This document shows positions 22,497 through 35,247 of a stretch of 38,193 bases of DNA, in pieces. Made by a program: the position numbers and the translations under genes. The DNA is from Octopus bimaculoides (taxonomy: Eukaryota). The notes beneath the pieces were generated by a model. That model worked only from the letters and a program-made list of their open reading frames with translations. It was not told the DNA's origin and ran no database searches. The DNA is taken from the NCBI RefSeq assembly GCF_001194135.2, contig NC_069005.1, positions 4,725,946 through 4,764,138 of the forward strand. The letters run 5' to 3'. How positions within the stretch are numbered: the first letter of the stretch is position 1; every line of letters begins with the position of its first letter.

Positions 22497-22870
22497 CACT
22501 TCTTTCAGTCATTGGATTGCAGTCATACTGGGATCGAGTTGAACGAATCGATCAAAGTAATTCTTCTTCTCTACTCTAGGCACAAGGTCCGAACATTTTG
22601 GGGAAGAGGGTCAGTCGATTAGATCAACCGCAGTACGCAACAGGTACTTAATTTATCGATCCCGAAAGGATGAAAGGCAAAGTCGACTTCGGTTGAATTT
22701 GAATGCAGAACGTAAACACAGACAAAGTATCGCTAAGGATTTCACCCCGGCGTGCTAACGTTTCTGCCAGCTCACTGCCTTGATCCAAGTAGTATTCTAT
22801 CCAAACTTCTGCCGAACCCCAAATAGATGCCGGTTGTCAAGCAGTTGGGAGACAAACATCACAGACATAC
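22497..22870 (-). mobile_element. SINE family B tail half interrupted by a family A insertion
   Basis: Colinear B-tail pieces at 22497-22559 and 22782-22870. Confidence 0.7.
22561..22781 (-). mobile_element. SINE family A, full copy nested in B, with imperfect TSD
   Basis: Full revcomp match. gatcaaagta (22550-22559) and gatccaagta (22782-22791) flank it. Confidence 0.92.
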
Positions 22871-22925
22871 ACTCAGATCGATAAATGCATACATTTATAA
22901 AAACATACATGCATATATAAATGTA

Positions 22926-23030
22926 TAGGCACAGGAGTGGCTGTGTGATAAGCTTGCCTCTCAACAACATGGTTCTGGCTTCAGTTCCACTGCGTGGCAC
23001 ATTAGGCAAGTGTCTTCTACTATAACCTCG
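22926..23030 (+). mobile_element. SINE family B, head + CORE-like domain
   Basis: ggcacaggagtggctgtgtg...gcgtggcacattaggcaagtgtcttctactata. Confidence 0.9.
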
Positions 23031-23940
23031 TTCAGAAATTTCTGGCAGAATAAATTGCGTTATCGTGCTGTTTTTCTCAAACACGGTGCCCAACTGACCC
23101 TACGATATTGTGTAGTTGACGAAATCAAAATGAAACCATGCATATGCGGGAAATTAAATATATAATATGGCGACGATTTATCCATTGCACCCTATATATA
23201 TAGAGAGAGAGACAGAGACAGACAGACAGACAGAAAAACGGAGAGAGGAACAGATTGATTGATAGATATAGAGAAAGAATGTATAACTCTACAAGCACTC
23301 GTGGAATGAATATCAATAGAATGATAATGAGCCCATATTTAATTACGTTGAATCGGAAAATGCAATGAAAGAAACGTCGAGATAAAGCTTCGCGAGAATT
23401 ACGCCAACGCCATATCTGGCGAAGGCTAGAACATGGATATTACTCAAATTGATATATGACGCCGGAGCGGTTAAAATATATTGTTTCTTTTGGATTAGTC
23501 ACTATATCAAAGTTCATTATGAAGACGACTTGTTTATCATAAAAGGGAATGAAGCAGTTGAGAATCTCCGTTTAATTATAAGAGATTACAGCAACAAGTT
23601 TTAATCCTCTGATAATCCCTACACGTGCAAGAGATAACTTACTTCAGCCACATCGGGCATGATATATTATGTCGAGATATGCATTTAACACTCACAACCT
23701 CCAGCAAAAGATATTAATTCCATGCATACACTTATGGGCTCCCATACTGGTATATGCAGAGGCTTAAATGAAGATATTTTCATATTTTCTATACACCTTC
23801 AAGTGCCGAGCACAATAGATTTACCTTAAATAGAAATTGAATGTATCCTTAAGACATCTTGAGCAACTTCAGTGGATATACATGGGGGGATAATGGGAGA
23901 ATATTTAAGAATACACGATGTCGTTTGGTATAATAGTTTA

Positions 23941-24156
23941 GCGAGCTGGCAGAAACGTTAGCACGCCGGGTGAAATGCTTAGCGGTATTTCGTCTGCCGT
24001 TATGTTCTGAGTTCAAATTCCGCCGAGGTCGACTTTGCCTTTCATCCTTTCGGGGTCGATAAATTAAGTACCAGTTACGCACTGGGGTCAAGGTAATCGA
24101 CTTAATCCCTTGTTTATCCCCTCTATGTTTAGCCCCTTGTGGGCAATAAAGAAATA
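23941..24156 (+). mobile_element. SINE family A (tail type 2), young copy with perfect 13-bp TSD
   Basis: TSD ataatagtttagc at 23930-23942 and 24157-24169. A-box-like tggcagaaacgttagc, B-box gagttcaaattcc. Confidence 0.95.
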
Positions 24157-24443
24157 ATAATAGTTTAGCATCGAATTGCAGACATTCCCTTCACACTTTT
24201 CTCCCAAGCGCAGTAGAACACAGCCTGTCCGGGTGCAAATCAATAAAGCTGAAAGTTTCAATAATAATAAACAGAAAGGTGCGTGTGTGTGTGCGTCGTG
24301 AATTATGGTGATATATATATATATGACGATTTAAAGTGCGAAATACGAAAGTTGTGAATGAAGAAAGTAAACGTGATACCGACAGTAATTGGTGTACTTG
24401 GAAGTAACAACACTCAACTACCAACATAGCTGAAAAAGATTGA

Positions 24444-24963
24444 GATAGAGAAATTAATAGGCCAGATAGCGTTGTCAGAGATCATCAAGAAAAAAATGCT
24501 TTCTAATCAATGTATCAATATCAACAGATGACATAGTTTCTCTAAAAGAAATGGAGAAACTTTCAAAATACAAAGACTTGGAAATAGAGGAAACTCGAAT
24601 GTGGGGTCTAAAAACAGAAACAATTCCTATCACAATAAGCGCATTAGGTATGATAAAAAAGTATTCAGACAAATACATAACAAAAACATCAGGACTCACA
24701 AATATATAAGCTGTTATTCGACCTGAAGAAAATTCTGACTCGGTCCCACTTGCAAGGTCATGCATTGTTTATCTTGATATGAAATCACCGTGTCGTGGAG
24801 ATTTGGTTGTGAGGCATGTACCTGGTCTACACTTATCTAACGGCTGGTCATAATGGGTATACTGGGCTTCGTATATTTTACCAGTGTCACTTTGATGGCA
24901 TGCACTGCTTTCTCACTCAATAATAATAATAATAATAATAAATAATAATAATAATAATAATAA
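24444..24963 (+). mobile_element. 5'-truncated RLE-class non-LTR retrotransposon (R4/Dong-like): endonuclease remnant, putative 3'UTR and (AAT)n tail
   Basis: DREINRPDSVVRDHQEK[frameshift in A-run]KCFLINVSISTDDIVSLKEMEKLSKYKDLEIEETRMWGLKTETIPITISALGMIKK (24444-24709) fits the PD..D..K.KY restriction-like endonuclease. The element ends in ctcactc(AAT)n. Confidence 0.8.
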
Positions 24964-25023
24964 AGCCAGCGATTTCGATGTGGCGCTTAAGTTCGTTACT
25001 TTAACGCAACTACTACTGTTTCT

Positions 25024-25112
25024 ATCGATACCTCGACGGAATTTGAACTCACAACTAAAATCGGACGAAATGCTGCAAATGCCGTTAATGTTAAGAATTC
25101 TAGCAACTTGCC
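25024..25112 (-). mobile_element. SINE family A, head fragment, degenerate
   Basis: cctcgacggaatttgaactcac...ggacgaaatgc. Confidence 0.7.
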
Positions 25113-26029
25113 TCTTTATCTAAAGGAATAACATTACATTAACTACAACCCTGTGCCAGAATACGGCATTATTTCAGCAACATTATGAAACAGACAAACA
25201 TTGATATATAATGAGAATATGACACACTATGTTTAAACTTCAAAAAAATCACATTTTAACTTTGTTCATGAATTGAAAACAAAGAAACAGCTCAGCTAAA
25301 TATGTCTACGATTTGATATTTAATATTTACTTATTAAATCAATTTTGCAATTCCAGCATTCCATATATTACCAGAGTTATGCATTTCCCGGTGAACTGGA
25401 TATTTTTGCGTACATTCATCTGTCTACTTATTCGTAAGCTTTTACTTTCTCTACAGGTCTCATTTAATATGTGTGTATGTGTGTGTATGTTCCTGTTTGT
25501 GTATGTTCGTATGTATGTGCGTCTGTGTTATATCCAATTGCCTTCATACATATATGCATGTATTTGCATATATATATATAGAGAGAGAGAGATACATACA
25601 TACATACATATTCATAATATACATCATATAGATTATGTGTGTGTGTATGTGTACATTTGTATGTGTCGATGTGCCAATGTATATTCGCATACAATGTGTA
25701 TCATATAGGTAACTGTTCATATACTTTAACCAAGGCTGTAGACAAGTTAGTTTATATTTATTTTCTCCCTGACAACCACATAACCAGACCAATAACTATT
25801 TATTTGATGTCTCATCTCAATCTTAATATATTGTTTTTGTCTTCTGACAGCAGTTTATAAACTATATTCTGAAAAATGTCGGTTGTCTGCTTCAGTCAAA
25901 CATGAGAAACGACAAAGCGATGTCCAACTTAACTTGCCGTTACACACGCAGCGGACATATTACGTACACATCCGGAGAAAGGCAAACCAGTATAGTAATA
26001 ACTTACACTTTCATAAACACACATATAGG

Positions 26030-26960
<931 letters not shown>

Positions 26961-27719
26961 TGTGTAGATATACGCTGCCGAGACATATTGCTGTACATGT
27001 TGCAGAACGATGCGCAAATTTGTATGATGTCATATCAAATATATATAAGCTTGGAATGAAACGAAGTTTTGGCCTAGTTTTTAGGAGGTCTTATTAGACG
27101 TCTTGCTCAATATATATATATATATATATATATATGATACACACAGACACACACACATATATATATGTATGTGTGTGTTTTTGTGTGCGTGTGTGTATGT
27201 GTGTGTGTGTGTGTGTGTGTATGTGTGTGTATCAATATGTCTGTGCATGTACGTATGTATATGATGCGCTGATAGTCAAAAACTATGCTTATGTATAAAA
27301 CTACGAACAAAAGCTAAATGTCTCCGATGTTTATGGTTTCTTACAAAATCGAGCGAGCGTTTTGTGTGTTGCATTTATGTATGGCACTGTCAGAATAATG
27401 GTTGTAGAATACACACGCATGCACACAGGCACACATACACACACATCTATATATGAATGCGTAAAATTCGTCTAAAATGTGCCCCACGAAATTCAATAAA
27501 GGGGCCTGTAATTTGTGCTATTAGCCTTCACCTTTAATCAGCAAATGAAGCATATATTAAAGTTATTACCTCGTATTCTTCGATTTCTTATCATATACAG
27601 GGACAACATCGACTTACGGGAAGGTTTGGTTCCAAATGTATTCCGTATTACAAATTTTTTTTCGAACAAGAGTCGTCAAACTCCAAATCAAATATGGATT
27701 TACCGAAGACTTACATGCT

Positions 27720-27832
27720 TATGAAGCTTGCCTCCCATCCATGGGCCTGGTATATTGGTCAAGTGTCTTCTGCTAGAGCCCCAAGGCGACCAAAGTCCGC
27801 TTAGTTGACTTGGTAGATGGAAATTGAAAGAC
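27720..27832 (+). mobile_element. SINE family B, head half, degenerate
   Basis: ggtcaagtgtcttctgctagagcc...gaccaaag...ttggtagatggaaattgaaag. Confidence 0.75.
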
Positions 27833-27980
27833 AGACAGACAGACGGACAGACACGGAGACAGAAAGACAGACGGACAGACACGGAGACAGAGAGACAAAC
27901 GGACAGACACGGAGACAGAGAGACAAACGGACAGACATAGAGACAAACAGACGGACAGACAAGAAGGCAGACAGACAGAT
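27830..27980. repeat. GACA-type microsatellite with a 28-bp higher-order unit
   Basis: acggacagac starts at 27843, 27871, 27899, 27927 and 27951. Confidence 0.9.
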
Positions 27981-28110
27981 GTGCATGTGCTTATACTTAT
28001 ACATTTATACGTACGTATACATATTTATATACATATATACACACACACACACGGATAGATAGATAGATAGATAGGATAGATAGATAGATAGATAGATAGA
28101 TTTACATATA

Positions 28111-28148
<38 letters not shown>

Positions 28149-28230
28149 GTGTCTGTATGTGTGTAACAAAGAGAGAGAGAGAGGGCGAGAAAGAGGGAGA
28201 GAGAGGTAGAGAGATAGCATGTGTGCGCAT

Positions 28231-28272
<42 letters not shown>

Positions 28273-28979
28273 CGAACTATTTCTTTACGTAGAACTAAAT
28301 TGTTTGTGGCGGAAGCTCCACCTGAAATCTTGAATGAACTTTGTTCGAAGTCAAATCAAAAACATAAAACGCTAACAAAATAAAAACAAAAAAAAACAAT
28401 AACTTAAAATAATATATCGACTGCGCAGTAATTGTACGGAAGACTATAGTTTGATGTAACCTACATTCTCTATCGCAAAATTAAAAACACTTCGTTTCAT
28501 CAAACGAAAATCTTGAAGCTTTATTCGTTATAAAGTCGTCTACACTATTGCTTTTTCTGCCAATGTTCCACGTTTGTCGGCGAGACATTAAAAATGTGTT
28601 AGTCACCGACTGTCTATATGAAAGGTTTCGGTGATCAATTATCGATTTCCAGAGGACTTCTTTCATGTGCGACCAGCATTACCATGATTGAGAATTTAGT
28701 TTAATAGAGTAATTTTTTTTATAATTTTATATAAATCATTGTGTTATATTGTTCTTTTTCGGTGGGTTATTTTTTGTTTTTGTTTTTGTAGTTTCATACT
28801 ATGTAGAGCGTCATCGGGCAAAAGGTATGATTCAAAGTATTCTAACCGTGACCATCCCGGCCAATGGCAATTGCGTTACACGATATACCCTTCTTTAATT
28901 TTATACTGCAAGCCATACTTCAGTACATGAGGGGTTTAATGGCAGGGTTTTAGTGGAACAAATAGTCCCTAAGACTTGT

Positions 28980-29150
28980 AATTCTATCGGACTCTTTTCC
29001 CGATCCGCTAAATTGTGGTGACGTAAACACACCACTATCAGTTGTCGAGCGGTGGTCGACTTTCCTTTCATCATCTCGGGGTCAGTCGATCTAATCGACT
29101 GGCCCCCACCCCAAAAATCTCGGGCCTTGTGCCTAGATTAGAAAAGAATA
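28980..29150. mobile_element. Chimeric junction: minus-strand B tail fused to plus-strand A 3' part
   Basis: ...gacgtaaacacacc...gttgtcgagcggt joined to ggtcgactttcctttcatc...gggccttgtgcctag. Confidence 0.75.
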
Positions 29151-29162
29151 TATGTATATATA

Positions 29163-29402
29163 AGGCGGCGAACTGGCAGAAACGTTAGCACGCCGGGAGA
29201 AATGCTTAGCGGTAATTTTGCCTGTCTTTACGTTCTGAGTTCAAATTCCGCCGAAGTTGACTATGCCTTTCATCCTTTCAGGGTCGATAAATCAAATACG
29301 AGTTGCGTACTGGTGTCAATCTAGTCGTCTGGCCCTCTTCCAAACAATTTCGGGCCTTGTGCCTAGATTAGAAAAGAATATATGTATATATAAGGCGGCG
29401 AA
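29163..29402 (+). mobile_element. SINE family A full copy followed by the start of another head entering the gap
   Basis: Full head, B-box, central domain and tail type 1, then aaggcggcgaa and N. Confidence 0.92.
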
Positions 29403-29795
29403 NNNNNNNNNNNNNNNNNNNNNNNNNNNNNNNNNNNNNNNNNNNNNNNNNNNNNNNNNNNNNNNNNNNNNNNNNNNNNNNNNNNNNNNNNNNNNNNNNN
29501 NNNNNNNNNNNNNNNNNNNNNNNNNNNNNNNNNNNNNNNNNNNNNNNNNNNNNNNNNNNNNNNNNNNNNNNNNNNNNNNNNNNNNNNNNNNNNNNNNNNN
29601 NNNNNNNNNNNNNNNNNNNNNNNNNNNNNNNNNNNNNNNNNNNNNNNNNNNNNNNNNNNNNNNNNNNNNNNNNNNNNNNNNNNNNNNNNNNNNNNNNNNN
29701 NNNNNNNNNNNNNNNNNNNNNNNNNNNNNNNNNNNNNNNNNNNNNNNNNNNNNNNNNNNNNNNNNNNNNNNNNNNNNNNNNNNNNNNNNNNNNNN

Positions 29796-29857
<62 letters not shown>

Positions 29858-30479
29858 TAGATAGTTCCATCTGCTAGAAATAGTAGTCTAATTACGCTTC
29901 AATCATACCGTGTCTTGACAAAATATAAGTAAATAATTATAAAAATGACAAAAAATACTTTTAAAAAAGGCGTTATATACAATATATATGGGATAAAACA
30001 AGATAGGATGGTCGTGGCTAGATCGAATTGATCAATTGGTCTGCACAACCAGAGCTCACTTGGCGCTAGAAAAATCAATAACATCTTTCTTCATATATCA
30101 TCGATTAACGTGAATAATCAATGATCTGGAAGTGAATAAATACTAAGACGCCAACTACACTGTAAACAGTTTATGAGGATTACAGATAGGCTTTGTTTAC
30201 TATGCGAAAAACAAAACGGAAACCATTGAAAATCCATGTAAAATTCAAGCTATATCCGTTGATCGTGGTTTAAGTGGTTTTATTTACAACATTTCATCAA
30301 CCTAGATTTATTTGACCTATTATGAAGGACGCTCCTACCGTGACTATTAAGCTTAGTGGTTCTTACATATAATATGCCTCTTTATTTCGTTTTATTCTTA
30401 TCCTTTTTATTTTATCTGTTCTCGAATGGAAAACAAGATTTGGATCTGTGTTTTTCAACCTCGTTTCCTATCCACACTC

Positions 30480-30533
30480 CACACAATACACACATACACA
30501 CACACACATACACGCACATACACACACACACAT

Positions 30534-30564
<31 letters not shown>

Positions 30565-30725
30565 TACACACACACATATACACACACATACACACACACA
30601 CATACACTCACACATGGCCGCGTACGCACACACACACACACACACACATAGGTACATAGCCACACATACACATATACAGCGATTTTTCAAGGGAACGTGG
30701 GTGCACACATAGTAGCAAATATGTA

Positions 30726-30771
<46 letters not shown>

Positions 30772-30780
30772 TGTGTGTTT
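30480..30780. repeat. Interrupted (CA)n followed by (TG)n
   Basis: Direct inspection. Confidence 0.92.
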
Positions 30781-31084
30781 GTCCATGACCGCCCAACAAC
30801 CGATGTTAATGTGTTTTTATACACACACACACACAAACACATTTCTGAGTACACTTATACATAACTTTATACGTGCGGGTATATATATATATAAATGGTT
30901 AAATTTAACGATTTTTTTTCCTGTTTCTTTTTTTTATTTTCTGAAACAGCCTGATGTATTGCCAACCAATCAACGGCGTCGGAGAGCAAAATCATTCAAC
31001 TTGTAGTTGAAAAAAAGAAGTTAGCTGACATCAAGAACAGGAAGGCACCTGAATATTGGATAAGTGTTGGTTATATCATTATGA

Positions 31085-31410
31085 TTCATGCCGTGTGTCT
31101 AAGCGCCGACATTACATCTTCTCAACGCCCTGTTATCGCTCGTAAGGGGGACGTCTTGAAAACTATTTTTCCCCAGTTGTGATGGTCTTTCAGTGTGTCT
31201 CCAGAGAAGGAGTTGTAATGCTTCCCTGCGTCTTCGAACGGGCATTTAGACTCAATTTACTTCTATAAGAAGCTGCTGGAGGCTGCCTTCAATCTCTAAT
31301 TGGAGAGTGTTTCTGCTGGAAGGCCAGCTATTTGGCCGCAACATTTAACTTCTTGTCATACATCCAGAAAGAGTCAGAAGTGGTTACCTTTCCTGGGTCA
31401 TTCAAATACC
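31085..31410 (-). pseudogene. Possible highly decayed 3' end of an RTE-group LINE
   Basis: Only with several assumed frameshifts: YLNDPGKVTTS...LNVA..SW...PVRRRRG..TLKD, loosely like the RTE/RTEX C-terminus. Confidence 0.2.
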
Positions 31411-31509
31411 TAACCATTGTATTTTACTAGGTCTCGTTTTATATCAAAACGATACAATTGCAAACACTTTACGGTTTAAATACATTTTTATTATTATTAT
31501 TTTTCACAT

Positions 31510-31707
31510 CGAGCTGGCAGAAACGTTAGCACGCCGGGCGAAATGCTTAGCGGTATTTCATCTGTCTTTACGTCCAGAGTTCAAATTCCACCGAGGTCGA
31601 CTTTGCCTTTCATCCTGTCGGGAGGTCGATAAATTAAGTACCAGTTGCGTGCTGGGGTCGATCTAATCGACAAGCCCCCTCCCAAAAATTTCAAGAGTAG
31701 GAAAGTA
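31510..31707 (+). mobile_element. SINE family A, young copy with imperfect 15-bp TSD
   Basis: Near-identical to the 23941 head and centre. tattatttttcacat (31495-31509) vs tattatatttgacat (31708-31722). Confidence 0.93.
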
Positions 31708-31724
31708 TATTATATTTGACATAA

Positions 31725-31935
31725 AGGCGGCGAGCTGGTAGAATCGTCAGCACGCTGGACGCTATGATTAGTAGCATTTTGTCTGTATCTAAGCTTTGAG
31801 TTCAGAATCTGCCGAAGCCGACTTTACCCTTCGTCCTTCTGGAGTCCATAAATTAAGTACCAGTTGAATACTAGGGTAAATATCATCGACTAGATCTCTC
31901 TTCCGAAATTACTAGCCTTCTGCCAAAATTTAAAA
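31725..31935 (+). mobile_element. SINE family A, older copy
   Basis: ggcggcgagctggtagaatcg...ataaattaagtaccagttg. Confidence 0.88.
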
Positions 31936-31954
31936 ATTAACATTATTTCTTGCA

Positions 31955-32140
31955 TTATGGCAAAATCGTTAGCGAATCAAACAAAATCCTTAGCAATATA
32001 TGTTCCGAGTCATTACGCCCTGAGTTCAAATTCGGTCACGATCAAATATGCCTGTCATTCTTTCGGTGTCGATAAAATAAATACCAATCCTGTAAGGGGA
32101 GTCGACATAACCCACTAACCCCGTGCCCCAAAATTTCAGC
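31955..32140 (+). mobile_element. SINE family A, most decayed copy of the triple
   Basis: tggcaaaatcgttagc...ctgagttcaaattc...gtcgataaaataaatacca. Confidence 0.8.
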
Positions 32141-32451
32141 AATACATCTAAAATAGAAAGAAACTTTAATATTCGCATTAGTAGTGGTAGTAGTAGTAGT
32201 AGTAATAGTAGTAATAGTAGCAGCAGCAGTCATGGTATTGATATTCTCATTAATATTTACTTCATAAGTTCAACATATTCGTTTGGCACAATCTATCATA
32301 TTTCCCATAAGGCTAAGTTAAAAAACATTCTTATATCAAATAACTTTATTGTAAACAAATCACTTGTCTTCTATTAGAATATCATACAGCTCTTCCGTCA
32401 AACCGTTAAACATATATAATCAAACATTAACATTGAAAGAATATATATACG

Positions 32452-32501
<50 letters not shown>

Positions 32502-33375
32502 AATATAGACATTTATATGCGTTTACATAAAAGACATATTTACATATGTTAGTGTGTGAGTGTCTTTGTGCGTGTGAGAATGTCTCTCTCTATTTATATA
32601 TATATATATATATAATTGCAGAAATACAGATGCACATGAGTACATATACATAAACATATATATATANNNNNNNNNNNNNNNNNNNNNNNNNNNNNNNNNN
32701 NNNNNNNNNNNNNNNNNNNNNNNNNNNNNNNNNNNNNNNNNNNNNNNNNNNNNNNNNNNNNNNNNNNNNNNNNNNNNNNNNNNNNNNNNNNNNNNNNNNN
32801 NNNNNNNNNNNNNNNNNNNNNNNNNNNNNNNNNNNNNNNNNNNNNNNNNNNNNNNNNNNNNNNNNNNNNNNNNNNNNNNNNNNNNNNNNNNNNNNNNNNN
32901 NNNNNNNNNNNNNNNNNNNNNNNNNNNNNNNNNNNNNNNNNNNNNNNNNNNNNNNNNNNNNNNNNNNNNNNNNNNNNNNNNNNNNNNNNNNNNNNNNNNN
33001 NNNNNNNNNNNNNNNNNNNNNNNNNNNNNNNNNNNNNNNNNNNNNNNNNNNNNNNNNNNNNNNNNNNNNNNNNNNNNNNNNNNNNNNNNNNNNNNNNNNN
33101 NNNNNNNNNNNNNNNNNNNNNNNNNNNNNNNNNNNNNNNNNNNNNNNNNNNNNNNNNNNNNNNNNNNNNNNNNNNNNNNNNNNNNNNNNNNNNNNNNNNN
33201 NNNNNNNNNNNNNNNNNNNNNNNNNNNNNNNNNNNNNNNNNNNNNNNNNNNNNNNNNNNNNNNNNNNNNNNNNNNNNNNNNNNNNNNNNNNNNNNNNNNN
33301 NNNNNNNNNNNNNNNNNNNNNNNNNNNNNNNNNNNNNNNNNNNNNNNNNNNNNNNNNNNNNNNNNNNNNNNNNNN

Positions 33376-33424
<49 letters not shown>

Positions 33425-33845
33425 CGTGTGTGAGTGTGTAATTATATATTTATGAATGTATGCATATTTATAAACTCTACAGATGGCAGTGGAAAGAAAT
33501 GACCTCCCAGAGCGATAAACATTGTTTAATCATAACGTTGGACGTGTTGGCGGCGGGCTGTTCGTGGTTGTAGTTATAGAGATGTCTTTGTTGTTGCTGT
33601 TGTTGTTGGTGGTGGTGGTTACTTTAGTGGTGATGTTGGCAGTGTCAATAATGACGGTGTAGGTGATACTGGGGGGAGGTGGCAACGGTGTTAGGTTAAA
33701 ACAAAGCCAGATTCTTTTGTTAAAACATTACAGCGGCTTTGTTCTGTTCCTGAGTTTGTACATTAACGTCACTCTTTGTCTATACACACACACATACACA
33801 CAGAGAGAGAGAGAGAGAGAGAGACACATACACACACACACACAG

Positions 33846-33878
<33 letters not shown>

Positions 33879-33888
33879 CATATATACA

Positions 33889-33967
33889 TTATCTTTGCTC
33901 GTTCCAGTCATGCCACTGCAGTCATACTGGAGCACAGCATGGTAGAATGTTAGTCGAAGGAATTTAC
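33889..33967 (-). mobile_element. SINE family B, terminal tail fragment
   Basis: cagtcatgccactgcagtcatactggagcac...ttagtcga. Confidence 0.7.
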
Positions 33968-34563
33968 ATAAATACTTATGTTTTTTTATACATANNNNNN
34001 NNNNNNNNNNNNNNNNNNNNNNNNNNNNNNNNNNNNNNNNNNNNNNNNNNNNNNNNNNNNNNNNNNNNNNNNNNNNNNNNNNNNNNNNNNNNNNNNNNNN
34101 NNNNNNNNNNNNNNNNNNNNNNNNNNNNNNNNNNNNNNNNNNNNNNNNNNNNNNNNNNNNNNNNNNNNNNNNNNNNNNNNNNNNNNNNNNNNNNNNNNNN
34201 NNNNNNNNNNNNNNNNNNNNNNNNNNNNNNNNNNNNNNNNNNNNNNNNNNNNNNNNNNNNNNNNNNNNNNNNNNNNNNNNNNNNNNNNNNNNNNNNNNNN
34301 NNNNNNNNNNNNNNNNNNNNNNNNNNNNNNNNNNNNNNNNNNNNNNNNNNNNNNNNNNNNNNNNNNNNNNNNNNNNNNNNNNNNNNNNNNNNNNNNNNNN
34401 NNNNNNNNNNNNNNNNNNNNNNNNNNNNNNNNNNNNNNNNNNNNNNNNNNNNNNNNNNNNNNNNNNNNNNNNNNNNNNNNNNNNNNNNNNNNNNNNNNNN
34501 NNNNNNNNNNNNNNNNNNNNNNNNNNNNNNNNNNNNNNNNNNNNNNNNNNNNNNNNNNNNNNN

Positions 34564-34618
<55 letters not shown>

Positions 34619-35164
34619 GTGTGTGTGTGTGCGTGTGTGTGTGTGTGAATGTGTGTGTTGCTGTGTGTGTGTTTGCGTGTGTGTGTTTGCGTGTGTGTGT
34701 GTATCAACATGTATATGTACATGTATGTATGTATGCACAAATAGATAGTTATGTGTATATATTCATGATTTATAAATGATATATATGATATATATGAATG
34801 CATATATATATATACACACACAGATCTATAATACACATAAATATATACATATACACACGCATACACACACACATATATATACATATCTTTAAATATATAT
34901 ATATATATATATAGACATATATTCACATAAATATATACATATACATAGATACAAGCATACACACATATATATATGGTTCAAAATTACAAAATAAAAAAAC
35001 AGACAAGTGGGGGATCAACAAACAAAGTGTGTTAACTTGATGCTCAAGAATAATGGAAGAGACTTGACACTTCGAGCCGCCGCTCTTCTACAGAAAAGAA
35101 GAGACAAGATAGATGGAGATAAAAAAAAACAGACAATAAGAAATGGTAGTACATGATATGTTTG

Positions 35165-35173
35165 TATATGTGT

Positions 35174-35226
<53 letters not shown>

Positions 35227-35247
35227 AGAGAGAGAAAGAGAGAGAGA
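35165..35247. repeat. (GA)n microsatellite
   Basis: Direct inspection. Confidence 0.95.

Noticed and set aside
27596-27690. tacaggga...tcgacttacg...ggttcc resembling a Tigger/pogo TIR
   Set aside because: No matching second TIR found, and the similarity is too short
27843-27975. CRISPR-like periodic repeat
   Set aside because: Contiguous units with no unique spacers, in a eukaryotic microsatellite context
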